Counted from the stretch's first letter, positions 54,050 to 63,349 are shown. The stretch: 64,000 bases of DNA from Candidatus Spongiisociaceae bacterium (GCA_965219685.1 CBDCOH010000002.1:3424001-3488000); one strand, 5' to 3'. Notes: generated from the sequence alone by a model not told the origin. Made by a program: numbers and translations.

Positions 54050-55453
54050 ATGATTCCTGAACGCCTGAAATGGCTGGATAGCGGCCCCACGCGTGCCCTG
54101 GCCGAGTTGTTCACTCGTGCAGGGCACGAGATCTATCTCGTCGGCGGCTCGGTTCGCGATGCTCTACTCGAAAGACCGGCCGACGACCTGGACCTCGCCA
54201 CCGACGCCCGACCCGACCGTCTCAAGGCGCTCCTGCGCGACTGGGCGGATTACCTGTACCTCATGGGCGAGCGGTTCGGGACCGTCGGTGCCCTCCGGCA
54301 GGGGACACGTTACGAGATAACCACGTTCCGGGCCGAGGCGTACGTATCGGACAGCCGCCAGCCGGTCGTGACGTTTGGGAACTCCATCGCGGCCGATCTC
54401 GAGCGGCGCGACTTCACGGTCAACGCCATGGCCCTGAAACTTGGGGAGGGCACTCCCTCCCTCGTGGACCCGTTCGGCGGCTTGACCGACCTCGCCGCCA
54501 GGACCCTCCGCACCCCGATCGGTCCGTCGGTCTCCTTTTCGGATGACCCGCTCCGGATGGTCCGCCTGTTCAGGTTCATGGCCGAACTCGGCTTCCATCC
54601 CAACCCCGAGGAAGTGGAGGCCGTGGCCGACATGAAGGAGCGCCTGGACATCGTGAGCGCCGAGCGGATCCGGGACGAGTTCTCGAAGCTGGTGCTGGGG
54701 GAGTGGGCGTCGCCTGCCCTGTCCCTGATGATCGAGTCGGGGCTGGCCGCCGGGTTCATCCCGGAGGTCCCGGCGCTGGCGATGACCGAGGATCCCGACC
54801 ACCGGCACAAGGATGTGCTGGCCCACTCGCTGGCCGTGATGGCCAAGACCGAGCGCGACCTGGTGCTCCGCCTGGCCGCCCTGTTCCACGACGTCGGCAA
54901 GCCGGACACCCGAAGGTTCGACGGTCCGAAGGTGACCTTCCACCATCACGAGGTGGTGGGGGCCGTCATGACCCGCAAACGCCTGCGCCGACTCCGCTAT
55001 CCGAAGGCCATAGTGGACCAAGTCGCCGAGTTGGTCTTCCTGCACATGAGGGCCCACACCTTCAAGATGGGATGGACGGACTCGGCCGTACGGCGCTACG
55101 TGCGCGACGCGGGGGAGTTGCTGCCGAAACTCAACCAACTCGCCAGATGCGACGTCACCACCCGGAGCGACCGGCGGGCACGGCGGATCCAGCGCCAACT
55201 GGACGAGTTGGACGAACGGATAGAGCAGCTACGAGCCCAGGAGGAGATCGATTCTCTGCGCCCGCCCATCGACGGGCATGATGTGATGGCCTACCTCGGG
55301 ATCGGTCCCGGTCCGATGGTGGGTTCCATGCTCCGGATGCTCCTCGCCAAGCGGATCGACGACGGCCCCTACGAGCGCTCGGAGGCCTTCGCTCTGGTAC
55401 GGGAGTTGGCCCTCGCGGAAGGCATGGACGATCCGGGCCCTGTGCCGTCGTAG
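54050..55453 (+). CDS. CCA tRNA nucleotidyltransferase with HD domain
   Basis: LVGGSVRD, DLDLATD, EITTFR, DL.RRDFTVNAMA, DDPLRM.R, ERIRDE, HKDV..H, LFHDVGKP. Confidence 0.93.
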   Translation: MIPERLKWLDSGPTRALAELFTRAGHEIYLVGGSVRDALLERPADDLDLATDARPDRLKALLRDWADYLYLMGERFGTVGALRQGTRYEITTFRAEAYVSDSRQPVVTFGNSIAADLERRDFTVNAMALKLGEGTPSLVDPFGGLTDLAARTLRTPIGPSVSFSDDPLRMVRLFRFMAELGFHPNPEEVEAVADMKERLDIVSAERIRDEFSKLVLGEWASPALSLMIESGLAAGFIPEVPALAMTEDPDHRHKDVLAHSLAVMAKTERDLVLRLAALFHDVGKPDTRRFDGPKVTFHHHEVVGAVMTRKRLRRLRYPKAIVDQVAELVFLHMRAHTFKMGWTDSAVRRYVRDAGELLPKLNQLARCDVTTRSDRRARRIQRQLDELDERIEQLRAQEEIDSLRPPIDGHDVMAYLGIGPGPMVGSMLRMLLAKRIDDGPYERSEAFALVRELALAEGMDDPGPVPS

Positions 55454-55561
55454 GAGGAGCTGGCTCTTGACGGCTGCTTGGGGACCGCCGCCACCGCTCG
55501 TCGGCGTCCGTGACCCCATCCCGGAACCGGACCGACGCCCGCGTGAACCGGGGGCGACGGC

Positions 55562-57046
55562 ATGAGGCGGGAGTGGAGGGTTCTGGTCGCCTGCACTCCG
55601 GCCATTATCATCCAGGGGTTGGACATCACGATGATCAACCTGGCCCTTCCTTCGATCGGTGAGGGGCTCTCGGCCGAACTAGCCGACCTTCAATGGGTCG
55701 TGGCAGCGTTCGCTCTCGCCATGGTCTCGCTGCTTCCCACATCGGCGGCCATAGGCGACCTCTACGGCCGGCGCCGAGCGCTGCTCCTCGGATACGGCAT
55801 CATGGCTGCCGGGGCGCTGCTCGCGTGGTCGGCGGCTTCGATACCTGTGCTGGTCATCGGGCGGATCGCCCAGGGGATCGGGCTGGCCCTCGGCGCGCCC
55901 AACTCCTTCGCGATAGTGGCGCTCTCCTTTCCGCCGGAGGAACGCGGTAGAGCGCTGGGACTGTGGACCGCCATCTCGGCGGTTGCGTTCACGCTGAGCC
56001 CGATAGTGGCGGGTTGGCTGGTGGAGTCGTACGGGTTCAACGCGGTATTCGTCCCACTGCTCATGTTCGCGGTGATCGGGGGTGCGGGCAGCTCGATTTG
56101 GTTGCCAGCGGACCCGCCCACGCACCGCGGCCGCCTCGACCTTGGAGGGATGGCGGTCGCAACCGGGGCGCTGGCCATGCTGAGCTACGGCTTGATCGAG
56201 GGCGGTCGCGACGGGTTCGGGCGTCCGCTCATCGTGGGATCCCTCCTCCTCGGCCTGGCGTGCGCAGGATGGTTCACCCGCCACGAACTCCAGGTCGAGC
56301 ACCCGATGCTCGACCTGCGCCTGATCGGCCGCCCACCGTTCGGGCAGGTGGTGCTGGCGTCCTTCGCCCTGCACACGGCCAGCGGGGCACTGGTCTTCTT
56401 CCTGACCATCTATCTCCAGGCCCTGCTCGGCTACTCCGCGTGGGACACCGCCTACGTGATGCTGGCCTACTCGGTGATGGCGCTGATCGGATCGCCGGTC
56501 GCCGGATACCTGACGGATCGAAGAGGTTTCTGGCTGCCTGTCGCGGTGGCGGCTCCCACCATAGGGCTGAGCGCGCTCCTCATGAGCCTCGCCGGCCTGG
56601 TATCGCCGGCCGTCGCGTATCTCGTGGTCGCCATGGCGCTGGCGGGGGCCGTGCACGGAGGATTCTTCGTGGGGGCCGGCGCGGCCGCCTCCACCAGGGT
56701 CCCCGAGGACCGGACCTCGACTGCGGGTGCCTCCCTATCGGTTTCCCGCCATCTCGGCAGCGGGTTCGGGATAGCGGTGTTCGGTGCCCTCGCCACGATG
56801 GTGACCAGAGCGAGGATCCGTTCGGCAATCGCCGACGACGCGGACGCCGAGGCGTTGGTCGCCTCGATGAGCTTCGGCGCGCCCCCCGAAGGCATCGAAG
56901 CAGCGGTGGCGGCCGCCCATACTGAGGCTTCGCTCACCGCCTTCGGAGTGGTGATGGTGGTGATCGGCGTCTGCTCCCTGGCGGTCGGAGCCCTGGTCGC
57001 GCGGCTGTTGCTGACCAAGGGTGGCTGGAGGAAAGCGCGGCGGTGA
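55562..57046 (+). CDS. MFS transporter, DHA2/EmrB-like
   Basis: LDITMINLALP, LQWVV, GDLYGRRR, GRIAQGIG, many TM segments. Confidence 0.9.
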   Translation: MRREWRVLVACTPAIIIQGLDITMINLALPSIGEGLSAELADLQWVVAAFALAMVSLLPTSAAIGDLYGRRRALLLGYGIMAAGALLAWSAASIPVLVIGRIAQGIGLALGAPNSFAIVALSFPPEERGRALGLWTAISAVAFTLSPIVAGWLVESYGFNAVFVPLLMFAVIGGAGSSIWLPADPPTHRGRLDLGGMAVATGALAMLSYGLIEGGRDGFGRPLIVGSLLLGLACAGWFTRHELQVEHPMLDLRLIGRPPFGQVVLASFALHTASGALVFFLTIYLQALLGYSAWDTAYVMLAYSVMALIGSPVAGYLTDRRGFWLPVAVAAPTIGLSALLMSLAGLVSPAVAYLVVAMALAGAVHGGFFVGAGAAASTRVPEDRTSTAGASLSVSRHLGSGFGIAVFGALATMVTRARIRSAIADDADAEALVASMSFGAPPEGIEAAVAAAHTEASLTAFGVVMVVIGVCSLAVGALVARLLLTKGGWRKARR

Positions 57047-57164
57047 GTGGTGAGTGGTGAGTGGTGAGTGGTGAGTGGTGAGTGGTGAGTGGTGAGTGGT
57101 GAGTGGTGAGTGGTGAGTGGTGAGTGGTGAGTGGTGAATGGTGAATGGTGAATGGTGAATGGTG
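57042..57164 (+). repeat. Perfect heptamer microsatellite (GGTGAGT)13(GGTGAAT)4
   Basis: Counted directly; first unit supplies the MFS TGA stop. Confidence 0.97.
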
Positions 57165-57329
57165 TTAACTCTGGGAGGGTACTCGACTACCGGGCTAGGA
57201 CCGACCACGATGAGCCAGCTAGAAGTGGTGGACCCCCATTAGGTGGGGTAGTCGTTCACGGGCAACCGGCAACCACAGGTAGCCTTGTGACCCTATGGAG
57301 AGGGCGTCCGACGAGGAAGGAACACGAGG

Positions 57330-57815
57330 ATGGCGGCGGTGACCGAAGAACTTCGGGAACTCGTGGGGCGGCGCGCTGTCTACACGGCCCCCGACGAAGT
57401 AGGCAGATCCGCGATCCGCTACTTTGCCCGGGCTGTCGGCGATCCGTGCCGGCTTTACGTCGACGCCGACTATGCCCGCGAGCACGGCTACGAGGACGTG
57501 ATCGCACCGCCCACCTTCGTGTGCGAAACCAACCAGTACATGCCGGGCGAACCCGATCGGGACGGCTACCCCGGACATTCGTGGGGTATCGAGTTGGAGG
57601 GTACCCGCATGATCCGGGGGGGTCACGAGTACGAGTTCCACCGGCCGCTATACCCCTCGGACGTCATCACGGCGACCTGGACCATCACCGACGTCTTCGC
57701 GAAGGAGGGTTCATCCGGTAGCTTGACCTTCCTCGTGTCGGAGGCCCGGTACACGAACCAGCGAGCCGAGCTGATCGCGGTGAACCGCGAGACGCTCATC
57801 TTCCAGGAGATCTGA
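57330..57815 (+). CDS. MaoC-like dehydratase, N-terminal type (hot-dog fold)
   Basis: AIRYFARAVGD, Y.D..YA, APPTF, GGHEYEFHRPL. Confidence 0.85.
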   Translation: MAAVTEELRELVGRRAVYTAPDEVGRSAIRYFARAVGDPCRLYVDADYAREHGYEDVIAPPTFVCETNQYMPGEPDRDGYPGHSWGIELEGTRMIRGGHEYEFHRPLYPSDVITATWTITDVFAKEGSSGSLTFLVSEARYTNQRAELIAVNRETLIFQEI

Positions 57816-57816
57816 T

Positions 57817-58224
57817 ATGCCGATGCAGGTCGAGGTGGGTGACCCGCTCCCCGGGTTCGGCCGGAACCTGGATCAGGCCCGGCTCGTGATGTACGCCGGC
57901 GCCACCTGGGACTGGCACCGCCTCCACTACGACACTGAGTACGTGAGGGAGCACAAGCTGGCTGCGCCCCTGGTCGACGGCCAGATGCTGGGAGCCCTGT
58001 TCGCCGAGCAGGTGTATCGTCACTTCGATCCCGGGGCCCGCATCACCGCCATGAAGCTCCGGTTCCGGTCGATGGTCTATGCCGGTGAGCGGGTCGAGAT
58101 CAGCGGCGAAGTCAGTTCTGTCGGGCATGCCGACGGTGGTCGGACAGTGGTCTGCAACCAGGCGGCCGCCGTTGGATCCCGGACCACCACCATCTGCCTC
58201 ACCGAGGTTCTCCTACCGGGGTAG
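57817..58224 (+). CDS. MaoC family dehydratase
   Basis: YAGATWDWHRLHYD, DGQMLG, RFRSMVYAGE. Confidence 0.85.
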   Translation: MPMQVEVGDPLPGFGRNLDQARLVMYAGATWDWHRLHYDTEYVREHKLAAPLVDGQMLGALFAEQVYRHFDPGARITAMKLRFRSMVYAGERVEISGEVSSVGHADGGRTVVCNQAAAVGSRTTTICLTEVLLPG

Positions 58225-58571
58225 GCGGGGCGGGACCACCCCGTCCCGACGCCAGGAGTCCGGAGCTCGCGAAAAACCGCGACCTCCGCTCAGCTCGATG
58301 GGCCCCTCCCCCGCGGCCACCACCGTCGTCCTGGAAGGCAGGTGTGCGCGGAGCTCCCCGTGTGGCCCCGGGGCCCTGCCTCTCCAGCCCCCGACAGGGC
58401 CAGAACATCATGGATGACCGCCGCGTCCGGACCGGCGTTGCTTGTGCTTCGGCAGGATCCATCATGCACGAGGGGTGTGACACGTTCAACCCCCTTGTGG
58501 CAGAGGGCGTCCTGAGGGGCGCTTTGCGGAGGGTGTCGAGCGGAATGCCGGTGGCCCTGGACGGTCGGCCG

Positions 58572-59270
58572 TCAGCCGCGCCTTCGCTCGATTGCCTTCA
58601 GAGCCTCCCGCCTGCTGAGAGTCGACAGGCGGTGGCGGTTCGCGGCCACGAAGTCGATCACGACCTCAGGGCCGGTCTTCGAGTACTCCCTCAGGGCCCA
58701 GCCGATCGCCTTCCGCAGGAAGAACTGCTTCTCGGCGATGGACGGTTCGATCAGGGCGAAGAGAAGGCCGGGGTCGGTGTCGGCCTTGAAGCGGAGCTGG
58801 GCGAGGATGGCCGTCCGGCGCCTCCAGATGTCGGCGTCCTCGGCCCACGACAGCAGTACCGGCCGGATGTCCGCGGGGTACGAAGCGAGGAGGTGACCCA
58901 TGTGCTTGCCCGCCAGTTGATCGACGTAGTCCCACCAGGCGCCGGTGACGATCATCTCCTCCAGCATCGGCAGGCAGGCGGGCCGCAGCCACGTCCGGTA
59001 GCGCGGCGCGTACGCCATTTCGATCGCTCCGTAGCGCTCCTCCCTGCGAGTAGCCGAACGCCATGTCTCAAGGATGACGTCCTCCCAGGAGGCCGGGTCC
59101 GGGATCGGGTGGGCCTTGATCACGGCTCGGGCAATGCGCCGGACCTCCGGAACCCTGACACCGTGAAAGGGCAGATCCGACTTCATGTACCGCTGCTGGC
59201 CCTTGGCACGCTCCGGGTCACCGGCGGCGGACAGGCGGGCGATCAGGTCGGCCCGCAGGGATAGGGTCAT
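58572..59270 (-). CDS. DNA alkylation repair protein (AlkD-like)
   Basis: YMKS..PFHGV, REERY, GAWWDYVD, W.RRTAIL.Q, FFLRKAIGWALREYSK, LSRREALK. Confidence 0.9.
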   Translation of the reverse strand: MTLSLRADLIARLSAAGDPERAKGQQRYMKSDLPFHGVRVPEVRRIARAVIKAHPIPDPASWEDVILETWRSATRREERYGAIEMAYAPRYRTWLRPACLPMLEEMIVTGAWWDYVDQLAGKHMGHLLASYPADIRPVLLSWAEDADIWRRRTAILAQLRFKADTDPGLLFALIEPSIAEKQFFLRKAIGWALREYSKTGPEVVIDFVAANRHRLSTLSRREALKAIERRRG

Positions 59271-59332
59271 CCAGGATCGGAGCGGTACTTCGGGCAGCGC
59301 CGGGGGGCACGGATCACGTGTCAGCCCACCGC

Positions 59333-59692
59333 CTAGTCGTCCAGAAAGCTCGCCACGCGGGTCTTGGGTCGTCCCACGATGGCGCGATCTCCACGAACTA
59401 CCACCGGTCTCTGCAGGAGTGCCTTGCGTCGCTCAAGCAGATCCACCACCGCAGCGGGGTTACCAACGTAGTCGCCGGCGACCAGGCCGAGCTTCCTGAA
59501 GTTGTAGTCCTTCCTCACCAGGTCCTCCACGGGATCCTCGAGGATCTGCGCCAGCCACTGGAGGGTGGCGCGGTCCGGGGGCGTCTTCATATACAGCACC
59601 AACTCCACGTCGAGCCCTCGCTCCTCGGCGACCGCCAAGGCGTTTCGCGACGAGCTTCAGTGGGGGTTGTGGAAGATCGTGACGTCAGCCAT
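59333..59692 (-). CDS. ArsC/Spx-family reductase, probable selenoprotein (Sec12)
   Basis: MADVTIFHNPH-UGA-SSSRNAL...LLQRPVVV...AIVGRP; the UGA (59659-59657) occupies the catalytic Cys of HNPxCSxSR; RBS-like GAAGGGG before ATG 59692. Confidence 0.85.
59620..59655 (-). promoter_or_regulatory. Candidate bacterial SECIS hairpin
   Basis: GCUC-G-UCG-CGA-AA-CGC[CUUG]GCG-G-UCG-C-CGA-G-GAGC starting 2 nt after the UGA; apical loop at +18 to +21. Confidence 0.55.
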
Positions 59693-59766
59693 CGGGAGCC
59701 CCTTCCGTTGCAGCAGGATCGAAATCCACCAATTCTCGGGCGGAGGCTAATACCGTCCCACCCCTG

Positions 59767-60612
59767 ATGACTTCCCGACCGGTCGCGGTGGGCGTCCTAG
59801 CGACTGTGCTCACCCTTTTCCTCGTGGCCGACCAGGCCGCGATCGCCACGCCCGACCAGTACCTGCCCGCCAATCCCGTGCTCCAGCCGGGCGAGTCGCT
59901 CGCGCCCGGCCAGGCGGTGGCGTCGTCCAACGGCCGTTTCCGGCTCGTCTTCCAGCGTGACGGGAACCTCGTCCTCCTCGGGGACGGTTCGGTCCAGTGG
60001 ACGTCGGGCACGGCGGGACTGGGTGCGGACAGAGTGGTCCTGCGCAACGGCGTGCTCGAGATGTCCCGGTCCCTTCAGTGGGGATCCGAGATGGTATGGA
60101 AGTCGAGAAGCGTCGGCGCTGGCGGGGCCGTACTCTCCGTCAGGGACGAGGGCGGGGTCGTCATCCGGCGCGAGGGCAGCCCGATATTCTGGTCGGCGGC
60201 ACTCCCGGCTCCCGACGTGGGCCTTGCGGGGATCAAGCACGTCGTCTACGCGCGGGGTGATCAGATGGTGTGGCTGGTGGGCGCCGACGGCACCCTCTTC
60301 GACTCCTATCCCGTGAGCGGCCGTGCCACCTGGCCGGTACCCGGGCGCTACAAGGTGTTGTCCAAGTCACCGCGGTCGCAGGCCCTGGCCGGACATGTGT
60401 GGATGGAGCACATGGTGCGTTTCATCCAACCGAAAGGCCGGGCGGCCACGGGCTTCCACTCCATCCCGGTCACGTGGAGCGGGAGACCGATCCAGACCGA
60501 GGAGCAACTGGGTACGTTCCGTTCCTTGGGCTGCGTGCGCCAGCGGAACGACAAGGCCGAACAGCTATACGACTGGGCACCCCTCGGCACGCCGGTCATC
60601 GTGGTCGCCTGA
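59767..60612 (+). CDS. Secreted bulb-type (B-)lectin + L,D-transpeptidase (YkuD) protein, copy 1
   Basis: Signal peptide; SSNGRFRLVFQRDGNLVL, W.SGT; YPVSG, GFHSIP...SLGCVR, PLGTPVIV. Confidence 0.8.
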   Translation: MTSRPVAVGVLATVLTLFLVADQAAIATPDQYLPANPVLQPGESLAPGQAVASSNGRFRLVFQRDGNLVLLGDGSVQWTSGTAGLGADRVVLRNGVLEMSRSLQWGSEMVWKSRSVGAGGAVLSVRDEGGVVIRREGSPIFWSAALPAPDVGLAGIKHVVYARGDQMVWLVGADGTLFDSYPVSGRATWPVPGRYKVLSKSPRSQALAGHVWMEHMVRFIQPKGRAATGFHSIPVTWSGRPIQTEEQLGTFRSLGCVRQRNDKAEQLYDWAPLGTPVIVVA

Positions 60613-60751
60613 CACCACTATCGGGTCCCGGTCGGTAGGGAGAGGGTTTCTCAAGCGGTAACCCCGCCGTAGAGCGCGAAAAATAGGGCGTGAAAATACC
60701 CTCATATAGAGGGCGCGCGGGTACCGCGAACCGATACGATTTCGCACTCTC

Positions 60752-61609
60752 ATGTCTTTTACGCGAGTGCGCGCGATGGCGATCAGCGCCCTGGCGGCAG
60801 CGGTGGCGCTGGCCTCAACGGTCGGTCCGGCGGCTTCCGCCCTACATCAAGCCGCACTGCCCGATAGATGGGTGCTGGAGGCAGGCGAGGTTCTGACCCC
60901 CGGTCAGGCGCTGGTCTCCCCGAACGGCCGCACGAAGCTCCGATTGGATCATGACGGGGATCTGGTCCTCTACCGGGATGGCGCGCCCACGTGGTCGTCC
61001 GGCACCACGGGCACCGGCGCCGACAGAGTGATCATGCAGGCCGACGGCGAATTGGCACTCTACGGGCCGCTTGCCTACGGCGCCCAGCCCGTCTGGAGGT
61101 CGAACAGCGGAGGATTCCCGGGGGCGGTTCTGTCGGTGCAGGACGAGGGTGGGGCGGTGGTTCGCGGGCCGGAAACCCCGATCCTCTGGTCGGCAGCCCT
61201 TCCGGCCCCCGACGTGGGCCTTGCGGGCGTGAGGCACATCGTCTACGGGCGGGGTGATCAGATGGTGTGGTTGGTGGCGGCCGACGGCACGCTGTTCGAC
61301 TCCTATCCGGTCAGCGGTAGGGCCACCTACCCGCGACCGGGCCGCTACAACGTGTTCTCAAAGTCACGGTACACGCAATCTCGAACGGGAACCGTCCTGA
61401 TGGAATACATGGTGCGCTTCCTGAAACACTTGCCGGCCAGGTCGGTGGGTTTCCACACCATCCCCGTGACTCGTTCGGGAAGGCCCGTCCAGACGGTCGA
61501 CGAGCTGGGACAGTTCCGTTCGGCGGGATGCGTGCGCCAGCGGACCGACAAGGCCGAGCAGCTCTTCCACTGGACGCCGGTCGGGACGCCCGTGGTGGTA
61601 CTCGCCTGA
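60752..61609 (+). CDS. Secreted bulb-type (B-)lectin + L,D-transpeptidase (YkuD) protein, copy 2
   Basis: Signal peptide; HDGDLVLY, MQADGELALY; GFHTIP...SAGCVR, PVGTPVVV. Confidence 0.8.
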   Translation: MSFTRVRAMAISALAAAVALASTVGPAASALHQAALPDRWVLEAGEVLTPGQALVSPNGRTKLRLDHDGDLVLYRDGAPTWSSGTTGTGADRVIMQADGELALYGPLAYGAQPVWRSNSGGFPGAVLSVQDEGGAVVRGPETPILWSAALPAPDVGLAGVRHIVYGRGDQMVWLVAADGTLFDSYPVSGRATYPRPGRYNVFSKSRYTQSRTGTVLMEYMVRFLKHLPARSVGFHTIPVTRSGRPVQTVDELGQFRSAGCVRQRTDKAEQLFHWTPVGTPVVVLA

Positions 61610-61690
61610 GGCCGTCCGAGGCTTGCGGTTGCCGGTAGCCCCTGTCCACTGATCTATTGTCTGGGGCCGAGCTAGTACGTAGGAGTTGCC

Positions 61691-62215
61691 ATGCCGTACA
61701 AGGAGACCTGGTTCGGGCGTTACTACGAGGACTTCGAGGTCGGTGACGTGTACCGCTCGCCGATCGGTCGCACCATCACCGAGGCGGACAACGTCTGGAT
61801 GACGTTGCTCACCATGAACACCAACCAGTCCCACTTCAACGACCATTACGCGGAGACCACCCCGTTCGGCAAACCGATCGTCAACTCGGGCGTGACGCTG
61901 GCCATCGTGCTGGGCATGAGCGTGATCGACACGTCACAGAAGGCTTTCGCCAACCTGGGCTGGGACCGGATCAAGCTGACCTATCCGGTGATGGTGGGCG
62001 ACACCCTCTACGTCGAGTCGCAGGTCCTCGACAAGCGGGAGTCGAAGTCCCGACCCTACGGCGGGATCGTGAAGGTCCGGACCCGAGGCCTCAACCAGGC
62101 GGGCAAGACGGTGCTGGTCTACGAGCGTTCGATCTTCATCTACAAACGGACCGCCACCCAGGACAAGGGCTACTGGCCGGAACCGGACGTTCCCATCGAG
62201 GAATTGGGCGTCTGA
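61691..62215 (+). CDS. MaoC family dehydratase
   Basis: GRYYEDFEVGD, GRTITEADN, TMNTNQSHF, ANLGWD. Confidence 0.9.
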   Translation: MPYKETWFGRYYEDFEVGDVYRSPIGRTITEADNVWMTLLTMNTNQSHFNDHYAETTPFGKPIVNSGVTLAIVLGMSVIDTSQKAFANLGWDRIKLTYPVMVGDTLYVESQVLDKRESKSRPYGGIVKVRTRGLNQAGKTVLVYERSIFIYKRTATQDKGYWPEPDVPIEELGV

Positions 62216-63225
62216 TGGACCTCGATCTGTACATCTGGTCCGACTCCTTCCCCGAGTTGGAACAGGTGGCTGCATCGGCGGAGCGGGCCGGTTTCCGTAC
62301 GCTGTGGTCGGCGGAGTTGGACCGTTCCGCCTTCATCCCCGTGGCGGTGATGGCCCGGGCGACCTCCGAGATTCGTCTCGGTACTGGAATCGCGTGGGCG
62401 TTCCCCCGCAGCCCGATGGTCACAGCCCTGACGGCGCTGGATCTCGACGAGTTGTGCGGCGGGAGGCTGGTGCTCGGCCTGGGAAGCGGGGTCCGTCGCC
62501 TCAACGAAGCATGGCTGGACGTTGAATGGGACCGTCCCGTCCTGCGCCTGGACGACACCGTCCGCATCGTGCGCGCCTTGGTGGCCGGAGCGCATGAAGG
62601 CCGGCCGATCCGCCACGACGGGGCCGCATCGATCGACCTGCGCGGCTACCGGCGCGCCTTCCATCCGGCGCGCACGGAGATCCCCGTGTATCTGGCGGCG
62701 GTGGGGGAGCAGATGACCCGGCTCGCGGGCCGCACCGCCGACGGATGGCTGGCCCACGAACTCGGCTCTCCCGAGTACGTCCGGCGGCGGATCCTGCCCA
62801 ACATCCTGGACGGTCTGGCCCGGGCAGGTCGAGAGCGTGACCGGATCGACCTGGTGGCGTCGGCCTGCGGCATGGTCCTACCCGACGGTAGGGAAGCCCT
62901 GCGCAACACAGCCGGGCTGGTGGCCTTCTACGCGTCGGTGAAGACCTACACCGCGTTCTTCGCCTTCCATGGATTCGAGCATGAGGCGCGACGCATCCAG
63001 GCTTTGTTCAGGCAGGGTGACATCCGGGGGATGATCGAAGCGGTCCCCGACGAGATGGTCGACACGCTCACGATCTCGGGAACGCCCGACCGTGCCAGGG
63101 AAAAACTCGCCGCCTACGAAGGCCTGGTAGACACGGTCAAGCTCAGCCCCCCCACGCACTTCGTATCGAAGGAAGTCACCCGAGCCGCCCAGCAGTCTCT
63201 GATAGATACGTTCGGTAGTCGGTAG
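62215..63225 (+). CDS. LLM-class flavin/F420-dependent oxidoreductase
   Basis: AERAGF, T.EIRLGTGIA, GGRLVLGLGSG, PVYLAAVG, AGRTADG. Confidence 0.88.
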   Translation: MDLDLYIWSDSFPELEQVAASAERAGFRTLWSAELDRSAFIPVAVMARATSEIRLGTGIAWAFPRSPMVTALTALDLDELCGGRLVLGLGSGVRRLNEAWLDVEWDRPVLRLDDTVRIVRALVAGAHEGRPIRHDGAASIDLRGYRRAFHPARTEIPVYLAAVGEQMTRLAGRTADGWLAHELGSPEYVRRRILPNILDGLARAGRERDRIDLVASACGMVLPDGREALRNTAGLVAFYASVKTYTAFFAFHGFEHEARRIQALFRQGDIRGMIEAVPDEMVDTLTISGTPDRAREKLAAYEGLVDTVKLSPPTHFVSKEVTRAAQQSLIDTFGSR

Positions 63226-63349
63226 TCGGTCGCACCGGTTGATCAGTGGGGCTGCAAGGAGAGGATGTTGCTCGCTGGCCAAGCGCAAAGTACGACCCCT
63301 CGCTTGAGCCTGTCAGTGGCCAGTGACCTGAATCCCTCCGCGACCCGAG

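Noticed and set aside
57042-57164. CRISPR array
   Set aside because: Contiguous 7-bp units with no unique spacers, and no cas genes in the window.
56735-57208. ORF with HHSPLTT/HHSPFTI repeats (the same peptide appears in track ORFs at 31384, 51249 and 63366)
   Set aside because: Translation artefact of the stop-free C-rich strand of the arrays; overlaps real genes antisense.
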